From positions 1 through 41,815 of the forward strand of contig JBEQLE010000018.1 of assembly GCA_040326155.1 (NCBI GenBank): a stretch of DNA of 41,815 bases, read 5' to 3'. Positions within the stretch are counted from its first letter, which is position 1. Each line of letters opens with the position of its first letter. The position numbers were made by a program, and so were the translations under genes. The DNA comes from Leptospirales bacterium. Lineage in GTDB: Bacteria > Spirochaetota > Leptospiria > Turneriellales > JAOUFE01. Below the pieces are notes generated by a model. The model was not told where the DNA came from. It searched no databases and was given only the letters and a program-made list of their open reading frames with translations. Of the stretch, positions 17,318 through 26,169 are shown in pieces.

Positions 17318-18412
17318 ATGAAACAAATATTAGATCGATACTTCTTTACCGAGTTTTTAAAGTATTTTCTCGGCGCTTTGATATTGTTGACGGGAGTTTC
17401 TTTAATTTCCAAGACAATGGAGCGGTTGCAGATTATACTTGAATATTCTGGACCTGCCCTGGACACAATGCTTTATCTATTGTTGAACATACCCTACTTT
17501 ATCAGTATTGTTGGAGCCCCTGCTCTCATGTTTTCCGTAGCCTTCACGATTGCCATGTTCTCCAGAAACAAAGAACTTTCCGTAGTTTTGGCGGCAGGAC
17601 GTTCCTTTTTACGTACTCTTGCCCCTATATCCATTTTTACACTATTTTTTTCCGTGGGCCTTTTTTTCTTCAATGAATTTATTGCTTACCCTTCTTATTA
17701 TGAATCCATGAATCAACTTCAGGTTCTAAAAGAAAATACAGAATTCACTCGTGAAATGGGACGTGTAAATTTTCATGGTAAATTAGATAACATTTTTTAC
17801 AATGCGGGATTGTATGAAATTGAAAACAATCTAATACACAAGGCCCATATGGTTGAAATGGATGAAGCAGGAAATGTAAAAAAAATTATAAAATCGGATT
17901 ATGCCATCCCGATTGAAGGCCATTGGATATTAATAAATGGTAGTATAAAAGAATTTCTATACAGTAAAAATAAGAAAGAAGGTGCGGAGAAAATTAGCGA
18001 CTTTGAGATGATCAATATAGACTTCAGAGCAGGTCCTGAATTTTTTAGAAAAATCAGGCAAAGTTTTGATGAGATGAATATCATCAATATTTCCGAAGAG
18101 TTAGAGGCCAGAAAATTACGCGGAGCCAATTATCGAGAATATCAAGTGGAACTCTATTGGCATTATAGCTTTCCGTTTGTCTGTTTCTTTATCGTTTTTA
18201 TTGGCGGTATTTTAGGCGCCCAGGTAAAAAAAGGGGCGATGTCCATGAGTATTGGCATATCTACCGGGTTGACCATTGGTTATTATTTAGTTATGTTTTT
18301 TGGAAAATCATTGGCAAATAATGGTACTTTGCATCCCCTGTTTGGGGCGTGGTTGGCCAATATTGTTTTTGGCACTATTACAGTAGTCATTCTCTGGAGA
18401 TACCGTTTTTAA
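17318..18412 (+). CDS. LPS export permease LptF/LptG family
   Basis: 'ILDRYFFTEFLKYF', 'SRNKELSVVLAAGRS', 3+3 TM layout, 'LHPLFGAWLAN'. Confidence 0.9.
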   Translation: MKQILDRYFFTEFLKYFLGALILLTGVSLISKTMERLQIILEYSGPALDTMLYLLLNIPYFISIVGAPALMFSVAFTIAMFSRNKELSVVLAAGRSFLRTLAPISIFTLFFSVGLFFFNEFIAYPSYYESMNQLQVLKENTEFTREMGRVNFHGKLDNIFYNAGLYEIENNLIHKAHMVEMDEAGNVKKIIKSDYAIPIEGHWILINGSIKEFLYSKNKKEGAEKISDFEMINIDFRAGPEFFRKIRQSFDEMNIINISEELEARKLRGANYREYQVELYWHYSFPFVCFFIVFIGGILGAQVKKGAMSMSIGISTGLTIGYYLVMFFGKSLANNGTLHPLFGAWLANIVFGTITVVILWRYRF

Positions 18413-18420
18413 GGAACCCT

Positions 18421-19527
18421 ATGAAAAATAATATTATAGAACTATACGATATCTATGAACCCACCCTTTTGCCTTTGTTGCGTTTAAAACCTCTCTTTGC
18501 TTTGCGTACCGGAATATTCTCAGAAGCCGAAAGAGTGCTGCTCAAGCTAAAAAGCGAACAGACGAAAGATACAGACCTTCTTGATATAAAAAATGAACTA
18601 AAAATACATATTTCGCGAGACGAAAATTTTTATAAAGATTATTTGCATATACATTATGCTTCCTTAGAAACAACTTCCGAAAATTATATCTCAAAAAATT
18701 ATATTAATATCAAAGCAAAAACCAGTAATATACAACCTACTCAACCAGCCGAACTCATAGCAAACATCGGGAAAAATATTCAAAATGACGTCGCGTTTCT
18801 TTCGCGAGAAGAGTTCCCGATTATTGAAAATCCTGAATTTGGTTTGGAGGGCGATTTAACTGATCTTTGGATTGCTTCTAGTGCAAAGGTTTCGCCACAC
18901 GCTGTAATCGACACCAGGAACGGTCCTGTTATTATAGATGCCAATGTCAAAATTTCGGCGTTCAGTTTAATTCGAGGTCCAGTTTATATTGGCCCAGATT
19001 CTAACATAGATCGTGTTTTCATTGAAAACAGTATAACGGGTAAACACGCCCGCCTTGGAGGAGAAATTTCCAACTCTATTATTGGCGATTTCAGTAACAA
19101 ACACCACGAAGGTTTTTTAGGTCACAGTCTGGTCGGCGACTGGGTAAATCTGGGCGCCTTGACTACAACCTCCGATCTTAAAAACAACTATGGAAAAATT
19201 CGTTTGCAATTTGAACAGACGAACTTTGATACCAAGACCATAAAGTTCGGTTCCATTATTGGTGACCATGTAAAAACGGCGATCGGAACAATGTTGAACA
19301 CCGGCACGATTATTGATTTCGGCAGTTTAATATTTACCACTGTAAAAAATGAAGTCTATTATCCTCATAGAAAATATTATTCACCGTTTTCATGGGGAAG
19401 TGATGTTCAACGCTATAAATTTGACCGGTTTACGGAAGATATGAAAATAATAATGGCTCGTCGAAATGAAAAACCAGACAAGCGTATATTAGCTTTAATT
19501 CAACAGTTTTTTGGTGAAACGAATTAA
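18421..19527 (+). CDS. GlmU-like putative sugar nucleotidyl/acetyltransferase with left-handed beta-helix
   Basis: 'LRTGIF', 'GPVYIG', 'GGEISNSII', 'SNKHHEGFLGHSLVGDWVNLGALTTTSDLKNNY', 'MARR'. Start placed at ATG 18421. Confidence 0.82.
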   Translation: MKNNIIELYDIYEPTLLPLLRLKPLFALRTGIFSEAERVLLKLKSEQTKDTDLLDIKNELKIHISRDENFYKDYLHIHYASLETTSENYISKNYINIKAKTSNIQPTQPAELIANIGKNIQNDVAFLSREEFPIIENPEFGLEGDLTDLWIASSAKVSPHAVIDTRNGPVIIDANVKISAFSLIRGPVYIGPDSNIDRVFIENSITGKHARLGGEISNSIIGDFSNKHHEGFLGHSLVGDWVNLGALTTTSDLKNNYGKIRLQFEQTNFDTKTIKFGSIIGDHVKTAIGTMLNTGTIIDFGSLIFTTVKNEVYYPHRKYYSPFSWGSDVQRYKFDRFTEDMKIIMARRNEKPDKRILALIQQFFGETN

Positions 19528-20459
19528 TCAAATAGAGAACCGAATTCATACAAAGCGTCTAAACCCTGTATTCTTTTTGCATACCAGGGGCTGATAATTA
19601 AGTTACTCTTTTTTTTCCATTTTCGTATTTTTGCCAGAGTCTCTTTTTGCTCGACAACGTAATTTTTGAACTGTGGTTCTTGTGTAGACTCAATTACTTT
19701 ATTAATAATAAAATTATGAACTACAATCTTGCCTTTATCTAACTCTTTTACGGCTCGTTTAGTCTCTTCCAGAGAAAAACTATCCGGGTTCAATACGAAA
19801 TTAAAAGCGGTTATATCAGAGTTTATTATCAATTCTTTTAGATGACTGAATTTTTTCTGGCGTGTATCTAAAATATTCAACAGTCGATCACTATCCCCTT
19901 TCTTGTCATTCCAGACTTTGGCAATTTGTCTGTTTTTTTCTCTTTTATACATGAGCAAGTCGATCCAGTTTTTCATCGATTCAGGTAGTAGTACAAGGCG
20001 AAGCGTATGGCCGGTAGGAGCTGTGTCGATAATAATATGATCGTATTTTGAAATATTATTTACAATAAAATCGCTTAACGAATCGAGCAAAGCCGCCTCT
20101 GTTAAACCTGGCGATGAGCCTGCCAACTTTAAATATTCATCCACCTGGGCAAAAAGTTTAGCATGGACATTTTGCAGCATAATTTCTTTTACGCTTTTTA
20201 AATATTTTTTTGCTTCGTAATTTGCGTCGAGTTCCAAAACGTCTAAACGGGAATTCACCTTTGTAATATTTTTTTTTATTCTCTTTTGAAATATGTCGGA
20301 CAAATTATGAGCCGGGTCCGTCGAAATAAGTAATACCTTTTTGTTTTTTTTCCCAGAAAGAAAAACCGACAGCGACGCCGAAAAAGTAGTTTTACCTACG
20401 CCACCTTTCCCGCCAAAAAAAATTATCTTTTTGTTTAACCAGAGATCACCGATGCCCAT
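19524..20459 (-). CDS. ArsA/GET3-family ATPase (single domain)
   Basis: 'GGKGGVGKTT', 'STDPAHNL', 'SPG..E', 'DTAPTGHTLRL'. Confidence 0.93.
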   Translation of the reverse strand: MGIGDLWLNKKIIFFGGKGGVGKTTFSASLSVFLSGKKNKKVLLISTDPAHNLSDIFQKRIKKNITKVNSRLDVLELDANYEAKKYLKSVKEIMLQNVHAKLFAQVDEYLKLAGSSPGLTEAALLDSLSDFIVNNISKYDHIIIDTAPTGHTLRLVLLPESMKNWIDLLMYKREKNRQIAKVWNDKKGDSDRLLNILDTRQKKFSHLKELIINSDITAFNFVLNPDSFSLEETKRAVKELDKGKIVVHNFIINKVIESTQEPQFKNYVVEQKETLAKIRKWKKKSNLIISPWYAKRIQGLDALYEFGSLFD

Positions 20460-20529
20460 TATAAAGTCCTGTTGTTGTAGTAACTGCAGCTACCGCTGTA
20501 ACGTCGCCGCCGCCAAATAATATTTTTTG

Positions 20530-20832
20530 TCAGCAACAACTTAAACCTTCAAAGGGAGATTTTTCCATTCCCATTCTTAAGTGCCACTCATGCATATGCT
20601 CCATTAAAAAAGGATAGGCTTCAAGCATATAAAACATGATGGGGTTTGGTATACCTAACTCTTCAGAAAAGAGGAACATCATAAACAGATCATCTTGTTC
20701 ACGAATATCTTTTAAAACGGATTGTTTATATGGCCCATAAAAAAGGTTTTCATAATACCCTACAGCTTTCGAAACTTTACCGGGTATTCCAATAAAGATT
20801 TTAGCAAATCGGTTATTCCACTTCTTTTTCAT
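20530..20832 (-). CDS. Small CstA-associated protein ending in Cys-Cys (cory-CC-star-like)
   Basis: 'EQDDLFMMFLFSEELGIPNP..FY.LE..P', 'HEWHLRMGMEKSP....CC*'; lies between cstA and the ArsA-family gene. Confidence 0.8.
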   Translation of the reverse strand: MKKKWNNRFAKIFIGIPGKVSKAVGYYENLFYGPYKQSVLKDIREQDDLFMMFLFSEELGIPNPIMFYMLEAYPFLMEHMHEWHLRMGMEKSPFEGLSCC

Positions 20833-22534
20833 CAGTTTTTGCCATTACTACTCGTACACCTTCTACTAAAATCCAAAAAGCAAAAAACAAAATAATACTA
20901 CCAAAAAACAGTAAAATTCCAGAATCGCTTTGGCCCGGCCAGATATAAAATACCTGCTCAACCATCGCCCAGATGGTCATAGCCAGTAAAAACAACATCG
21001 GTATTAACGAAGGTATAAAATTCTTTTTCGTAACTTTCAACCAGATTGTAATAATCAACAGGGTAATGCCCGCCAGCAATTGATTTCCTGTACCAAACAA
21101 TGGCCACAGAGTAAAACCACCGCTACCGAACCCTTTGTCACTTTGCGGTAACATGGCTAAAAGAGCGCTTGCGCCGATACCAAGACTGGTTGCTACATGT
21201 TTTTTTGTTAATATATTAACTTTATACTCTTTGCCGAGTTCATTAATGATATACCTCATTAACCGCATTGCCGTATCCAGAGATGTTGCGGCAAAACTGA
21301 TGACAATAACAGCCACAATTGTTTTACCGATTTCTACGGGAATTCCTACGGCTCCGGCTAAATTAGCAGCTCCGCTTAAAAAGATAGTTAACCCTTGGCC
21401 ATTGGCCGACTCGAAACTATTATAGCTGGCGAGGAAATCGCCCTCAGAGGCAAAATAGGTTGCAACGGCTATTAAAGAGATTAAAGCCAGGGAACCTTCG
21501 CCAACTGAGCCCAGGTAGCCAACAAAACGCGCGTCGGTCTCTTTATCGAGTTGTTTAGAAGTTGTTCCTGAAGAGACCAATCCGTGAAAACCACTGATGG
21601 CTCCACAGGCAATGGTAATAAACAAAAGTGGAAACCACGAGCGATCTGTGTTCATTTGAATGGCAGGAGCCGTTACATCCGGGTTCATAATAAAAACGCC
21701 TGCGTATAAAATAGCTAAACCAACAATCAGCTGGTGTGAATTGATAAAATCTCTTGGTTGCAATAGTTTCCAGACCGGCAACACTGAAGCAATATAACCA
21801 TATATCATTAAGACAATAATCCAGATAAAAAAGGAAAATTCCGTACCGGTAAAACCTAAAGACGTGGGTTCATCGCCGCCTAACATGCCGACCAGGTCTA
21901 ATTGAAGTACACTGTAATTGCTGCTTAAAATTGCCGAAACATACATTATAACCAGGGCAATTAAAGATGGAATTAAAATCTTACCTTTCTTTTTGTATAC
22001 ATGATATCCTATCCAGACCGCGAGCGGTATTTGTATAAATACAGGTAAAATACTTGATGGGTTGACAATAAAAAGTTTCGAAATTACCCAGGCAAAAACA
22101 GCATTTACCATAAGCAATAAAATAAGTATAATAAACAGAAATAAAACTTTCGCACGTTTACCGATTATCTTGTTAGCTAAAGTTCCCATGGAATTACCGT
22201 CATGACGAACGGAAATTACGATGGAGCCAAAATCATGAATTCCAGCGGCAAACACAGTCCCGAAAACAACCCATAAAAGGGCGGGCAACCAACCCCAGTA
22301 TACGGCAATCGTTGGTCCTAAAATAGGCGCTGCGCCGGCAATAGAGGTAAAATGATGCCCAAAAAGTACATATTTATTCGTAGGCACAAAATCGATACCA
22401 TCGTTAAATTCATGGGCTGGAGTTCGATAATTTTTATCCAGCTTAAAAACTTTCTCAGCTAAATATTTCGAGTAAAATCGATAACCCAACGCATAAACCA
22501 CGACGCCAAAAATGATAAGTAAACTTCCACTCAT
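20813..22534 (-). CDS. cstA: Carbon starvation protein A family transporter
   Basis: 'TPAH...DG.DFVPT', 'GHHFTSIAGAAPILGP', 'LLQPRDFIN', 'TIACGAISGFH', 'LWPLFG..NQLLA'. Confidence 0.95.
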   Translation of the reverse strand: MSGSLLIIFGVVVYALGYRFYSKYLAEKVFKLDKNYRTPAHEFNDGIDFVPTNKYVLFGHHFTSIAGAAPILGPTIAVYWGWLPALLWVVFGTVFAAGIHDFGSIVISVRHDGNSMGTLANKIIGKRAKVLFLFIILILLLMVNAVFAWVISKLFIVNPSSILPVFIQIPLAVWIGYHVYKKKGKILIPSLIALVIMYVSAILSSNYSVLQLDLVGMLGGDEPTSLGFTGTEFSFFIWIIVLMIYGYIASVLPVWKLLQPRDFINSHQLIVGLAILYAGVFIMNPDVTAPAIQMNTDRSWFPLLFITIACGAISGFHGLVSSGTTSKQLDKETDARFVGYLGSVGEGSLALISLIAVATYFASEGDFLASYNSFESANGQGLTIFLSGAANLAGAVGIPVEIGKTIVAVIVISFAATSLDTAMRLMRYIINELGKEYKVNILTKKHVATSLGIGASALLAMLPQSDKGFGSGGFTLWPLFGTGNQLLAGITLLIITIWLKVTKKNFIPSLIPMLFLLAMTIWAMVEQVFYIWPGQSDSGILLFFGSIILFFAFWILVEGVRVVMAKTDEKEVE

Positions 22535-22570
22535 AATAATTGAATTGATGATGGCTTATTGCTCTGTGTG

Positions 22571-23395
22571 TCAAGGAAAATCGGAGGTAGTATTTAACTC
22601 TTTCAACTGGTCTGCATGTTTCGCCAGGTCGCGAAGGCGAAAATCGTCAACAATTTGTCTGGTAAATTGAAACGCTTCTTCTAAGGCAACATTCTGTTTT
22701 TTTTCATGCCAACGATCTTTAATATCTTCCTCGTAACCGGGAAATCTCATCACACGTTCGTTGTCGAAATCTTGCAAAAGTTTTTTTTCATCGATAATAA
22801 TATTTTCGAGTCGATACAAAGCAAGAGCCGCCGTTTGCAGTAACTTGCGTTCGACTTTTTCACGCTGGTTCGGCCCCAGCTCTTTTAATTCTTCCACGTA
22901 ATGGCGCAATAAAACGGTTGGGGAAAACTCATCAGGTACATTAAACCTTTCTAGTTCTCCCGTAAGCTGGTTTATCGTTTCCCAGGATGAAGTGCCGCGT
23001 AAAAGATACTCTATAACGGGATAATAATATTTAACCCACTCGGTAATTGCGCCAACGAGTCGACGAATTTCATGTGACGCCGCCGGGTCAAAAAATATAT
23101 CTTTGTATTTATCAAGCAAGGCATCGTTAGCCGCCATCATTGCTTCCGCACGTTGATTGAATTCATCCCTTTTTTTCTGATCGGATAATTTTACCTCGGC
23201 GAGACTTTCGGTCTTCATATAAAATTCCATCTCTTGTTCTAAAAAAGATTGAACATTTAGACCGGTTTGCATCATATGAGTAATTCTTGATTCAAGTTGT
23301 ACGAGATCGAAAAATTTCTTTCCGTATTTTTCAGCAGCTCTCTCATACTTACTTCGTAATTGATCAATCAGTTTATCTCTGGTCTCACCGCTCAT
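22571..23395 (-). CDS. Hypothetical helical protein
   Basis: 274-aa ORF overlapping the upstream gene in an operon-like arrangement; no recognised motif. Confidence 0.8.
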   Translation of the reverse strand: MSGETRDKLIDQLRSKYERAAEKYGKKFFDLVQLESRITHMMQTGLNVQSFLEQEMEFYMKTESLAEVKLSDQKKRDEFNQRAEAMMAANDALLDKYKDIFFDPAASHEIRRLVGAITEWVKYYYPVIEYLLRGTSSWETINQLTGELERFNVPDEFSPTVLLRHYVEELKELGPNQREKVERKLLQTAALALYRLENIIIDEKKLLQDFDNERVMRFPGYEEDIKDRWHEKKQNVALEEAFQFTRQIVDDFRLRDLAKHADQLKELNTTSDFP

Positions 23396-24194
23396 TTTTC
23401 ATATCTCCTGGTTGCATTTTTGCCATCATTTCTGCCATTTGTAATGCCAGTTCGGGCGGCAGCATGGAGGGGTCAAAACCTGCATTTTCTGCTTCAGGTT
23501 CGGGTTCTGGTGTTTGGTCAAAAGCAACGGCGTGCATGATGATACGATATTGAATCCAGATTGATAAAAGTGTAATTAAAATTGCTATAGCGTAGGCAAG
23601 CGTGGTTTGCATACCGGGGTTGGTAACATAGTGTAGTGCAATTAAACCCGCGTCGGTAGAAAAAATATCTCCGCGAAAGAAATCGAGCAAATCGTAAAGA
23701 GCGTACAAAGATGTTAAACCGCCCATAATAAAAAGAATAATTCGGTTCATATGATGAAACAAAGAAACAGTTAGAATTAACGCTCCCCCCCAGCCAAGCC
23801 CGGCGCTAAGAGCAAGAGTTGGAATCTTTTCAGGAACCACAAGTGTAAATATTATAATGGTAACCCCGATACACCAGGAGACCGGCCTTACAAACTTTCC
23901 TGACAACCCGGAGTGTAACATTAAAGAGCCGAATAAAATACTTCCTAAGTAACCAGAGCCTGCAATGGCTAAAAAGTTACCCCCAAAGGTTTGAGTAAAC
24001 CCCGATTCGTTTAAATTAATATTTATAATACTTACTTCGCCTCCCGAAAAAACAGCCCCCAGGGCGTGAGAAATTTCGTGAAGATACACGACCAGTATCT
24101 TAAAAGGAACCATATATGGATGTTCCCAAAAAAAACCAAGTATTAAAGATAAAACGGCTAAAAGGGCCAGCTTTATATATTTTTTTTCCGGCAT
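23385..24194 (-). CDS. M50 family (M50B-like) membrane metallopeptidase
   Basis: 'VYLHEISHAL', 'AGSGYLGS', 'STDA' plus several TMs. Confidence 0.88.
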   Translation of the reverse strand: MPEKKYIKLALLAVLSLILGFFWEHPYMVPFKILVVYLHEISHALGAVFSGGEVSIININLNESGFTQTFGGNFLAIAGSGYLGSILFGSLMLHSGLSGKFVRPVSWCIGVTIIIFTLVVPEKIPTLALSAGLGWGGALILTVSLFHHMNRIILFIMGGLTSLYALYDLLDFFRGDIFSTDAGLIALHYVTNPGMQTTLAYAIAILITLLSIWIQYRIIMHAVAFDQTPEPEPEAENAGFDPSMLPPELALQMAEMMAKMQPGDMKNER

Positions 24195-24200
24195 GCTATA

Positions 24201-25088
24201 TTAATTATCGGCATCTTTCTTGCTTTTATGCTTACTTACGGCTTGTAAAAATTGTCTTTCTGTCTCCGTCAAACTGTGAATACCGTCCTTGCTAATCTTA
24301 TCGAGCAGTTCATTCACCTTTTTATCTACACCAGGATGATTCATATCAAATTTATAAAATGGCTTGGATGTCTTTGTTTTTACATTACGATAAACTTTTT
24401 TAAATTTATCATCCGTGGCTTTGCCAAAAAGCCTTTCGATTACGGGAATTTTTTTGTATAACCCAAGGTAGATTAAACCGGCGACAAATCCACCCAGGTG
24501 TCCAATATGGCTGATTCCATCACCACCAGAACCCATCATAGAATAAATACTGATAGCTGCGTAAAACAGCACAACAAATTTCGTTTTGACAGGTATCATC
24601 ATCATAAACAAAAGTTGGCGATCGGGCCAAAACACCGCGTAAGCAAACAAAACACTCAACACAGCTCCCGAAGCCCCTAATGTCAGACTTGGAGTGCCTG
24701 TTGGTATTAAATACATATTACCTACGGCAATAATCACTCCAGCCCCTAACCCACAAACCAGGTAATATTTATAAAACTCTTTTTTACCCATAAGGTTTTC
24801 AAGTTCACTTCCAAACATCCACAGCATAAACATATTGATGCCAATATGAAAAAAACCGCCATGCAAAAACATATAGGTAAAAACCTGCCATACCTGAAAA
24901 TTTTCTGAATCAACCGCTGAAACGGAAAAAAGTATATCGAATGGTGTGGATGGTGTGCGAGTGCCTAAACTGTTAAACCCAAATAAAAGCATAGATATTA
25001 ATTGCTGAATTGCAAAAACTGCTACATTTATTATAATGAGTGTTTTTATTCCATTTGTAATCTTGGGGCCAAATTGTGCTTGATACAT
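24201..25088 (-). CDS. Rhomboid family intramembrane serine protease with C-terminal soluble domain
   Basis: 'WQVFTYMFLHGGFFHI..NM', 'GASG', 'SHIGHLGG', tail 'VNELLDKISKDGIHSLT..ER.FL'. Confidence 0.93.
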   Translation of the reverse strand: MYQAQFGPKITNGIKTLIIINVAVFAIQQLISMLLFGFNSLGTRTPSTPFDILFSVSAVDSENFQVWQVFTYMFLHGGFFHIGINMFMLWMFGSELENLMGKKEFYKYYLVCGLGAGVIIAVGNMYLIPTGTPSLTLGASGAVLSVLFAYAVFWPDRQLLFMMMIPVKTKFVVLFYAAISIYSMMGSGGDGISHIGHLGGFVAGLIYLGLYKKIPVIERLFGKATDDKFKKVYRNVKTKTSKPFYKFDMNHPGVDKKVNELLDKISKDGIHSLTETERQFLQAVSKHKSKKDADN

Positions 25089-25102
25089 AGTTTGTTCCTG
25101 GT

Positions 25103-26068
25103 TTATTTGATGGGGTTAAAGCAATGGAAAAAAGAATCACCTTTTTCTGTCGTTCTATCCGGATAACTGTTTTCGCATTCTTCAATTTTATAATTGCATC
25201 GTCCCATAAAAGGACAGCCGTCAATCCACTCACTGGGAGAAGGTAACTCCCCTTTTATGGATTTAGCAACGTCAATTTTTTTACCAATTCGGGGCATCGC
25301 GTCAAGAAGCATTTTCGTATAAGGATGGCGCGGTTTGGAAAATATCTTTTTGGTTTCACCAAATTCAACAATTTTACCAAAATACATTACAGCAATGACA
25401 TCTGAAATATGCCCAACGACTCCTAAATCGTGCGCAATAAACAAATAGGTAATTCCATATTTTTCTTTAATTTCATGTAACAGGTTCATCACCTGAGCTT
25501 GAATGGAAACATCAAGCGCGCTAATCGGCTCATCGAGAATAATTACTTTCGGTTTAAGAATTAAAGCCCTGGCAATGCCAATTCTTTGTCGTTGTCCTCC
25601 GCTAAATTCATGCGGAAATTTTTCCATAGCTTCAGGACCAAGACCCACGGAGGCCAACGCCTCTTTGACCATACTCTTGCGCTGTTGGGTACTTAATAAA
25701 AGATCATTTTTGTGAATAATTAATGGCTCTTCGAGAATTTTTTGAATTTTCATTCGAGGGTTCAAGGAGCCATAAGGATCTTGAAAAACCATCTGGACCT
25801 CTTTGCGGTAGTGTTTCCAGTCGGTACTTTTCATGGTGTTGCTCAGCATATTCCCATATTCGAAATGCCCCTGTGTAGGTGAAATCAGACCCACCAGTAA
25901 CTTCGCAAGAGTACTTTTTCCGCTGCCCGACTCCCCGACTATGCCGGTTGTCCGGTTTAAAGGAAAGGCAAGGTTGACACCATCTACGGCATAAAACGAT
26001 TTTTTCGATTGCCCTAAAAGGTTTTTCTTGATCGTGTATTTTTTTGTTAAATTGTGCAGCTTTAGCAT
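25103..26068 (-). CDS. Oligopeptide/dipeptide ABC transporter ATP-binding protein (OppF/DppF-like)
   Basis: 'GESGSGKST', 'QDPYGSLNPR', 'FSGGQRQRIGIARAL', 'HPYT', 'GCPF..RC'. Confidence 0.95.
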   Translation of the reverse strand: MLKLHNLTKKYTIKKNLLGQSKKSFYAVDGVNLAFPLNRTTGIVGESGSGKSTLAKLLVGLISPTQGHFEYGNMLSNTMKSTDWKHYRKEVQMVFQDPYGSLNPRMKIQKILEEPLIIHKNDLLLSTQQRKSMVKEALASVGLGPEAMEKFPHEFSGGQRQRIGIARALILKPKVIILDEPISALDVSIQAQVMNLLHEIKEKYGITYLFIAHDLGVVGHISDVIAVMYFGKIVEFGETKKIFSKPRHPYTKMLLDAMPRIGKKIDVAKSIKGELPSPSEWIDGCPFMGRCNYKIEECENSYPDRTTEKGDSFFHCFNPIK

Positions 26069-26169
26069 ATGTTTTTTTTCAATGTATCGTTATATCTTTT
26101 TATTATATTCTGTCGCTATATTTTATCGTAGAAATTCATAACTTTATAATTTCATTTTATAATTTTACT

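Noticed and set aside
20460..20532. Selenocysteine or readthrough at the TGA after CC, fusing to the ArsA-like gene
   Set aside because: The 70-nt spacer puts ArsA out of frame and no convincing SECIS follows the TGA. The QKILFGGG resemblance to the ArsA start is too weak.
13652..26068. Stand-alone DctM, LptF/G and OppF without partner subunits
   Set aside because: Partners can be encoded elsewhere; dispersed transporter genes are common and not informative from this window alone.
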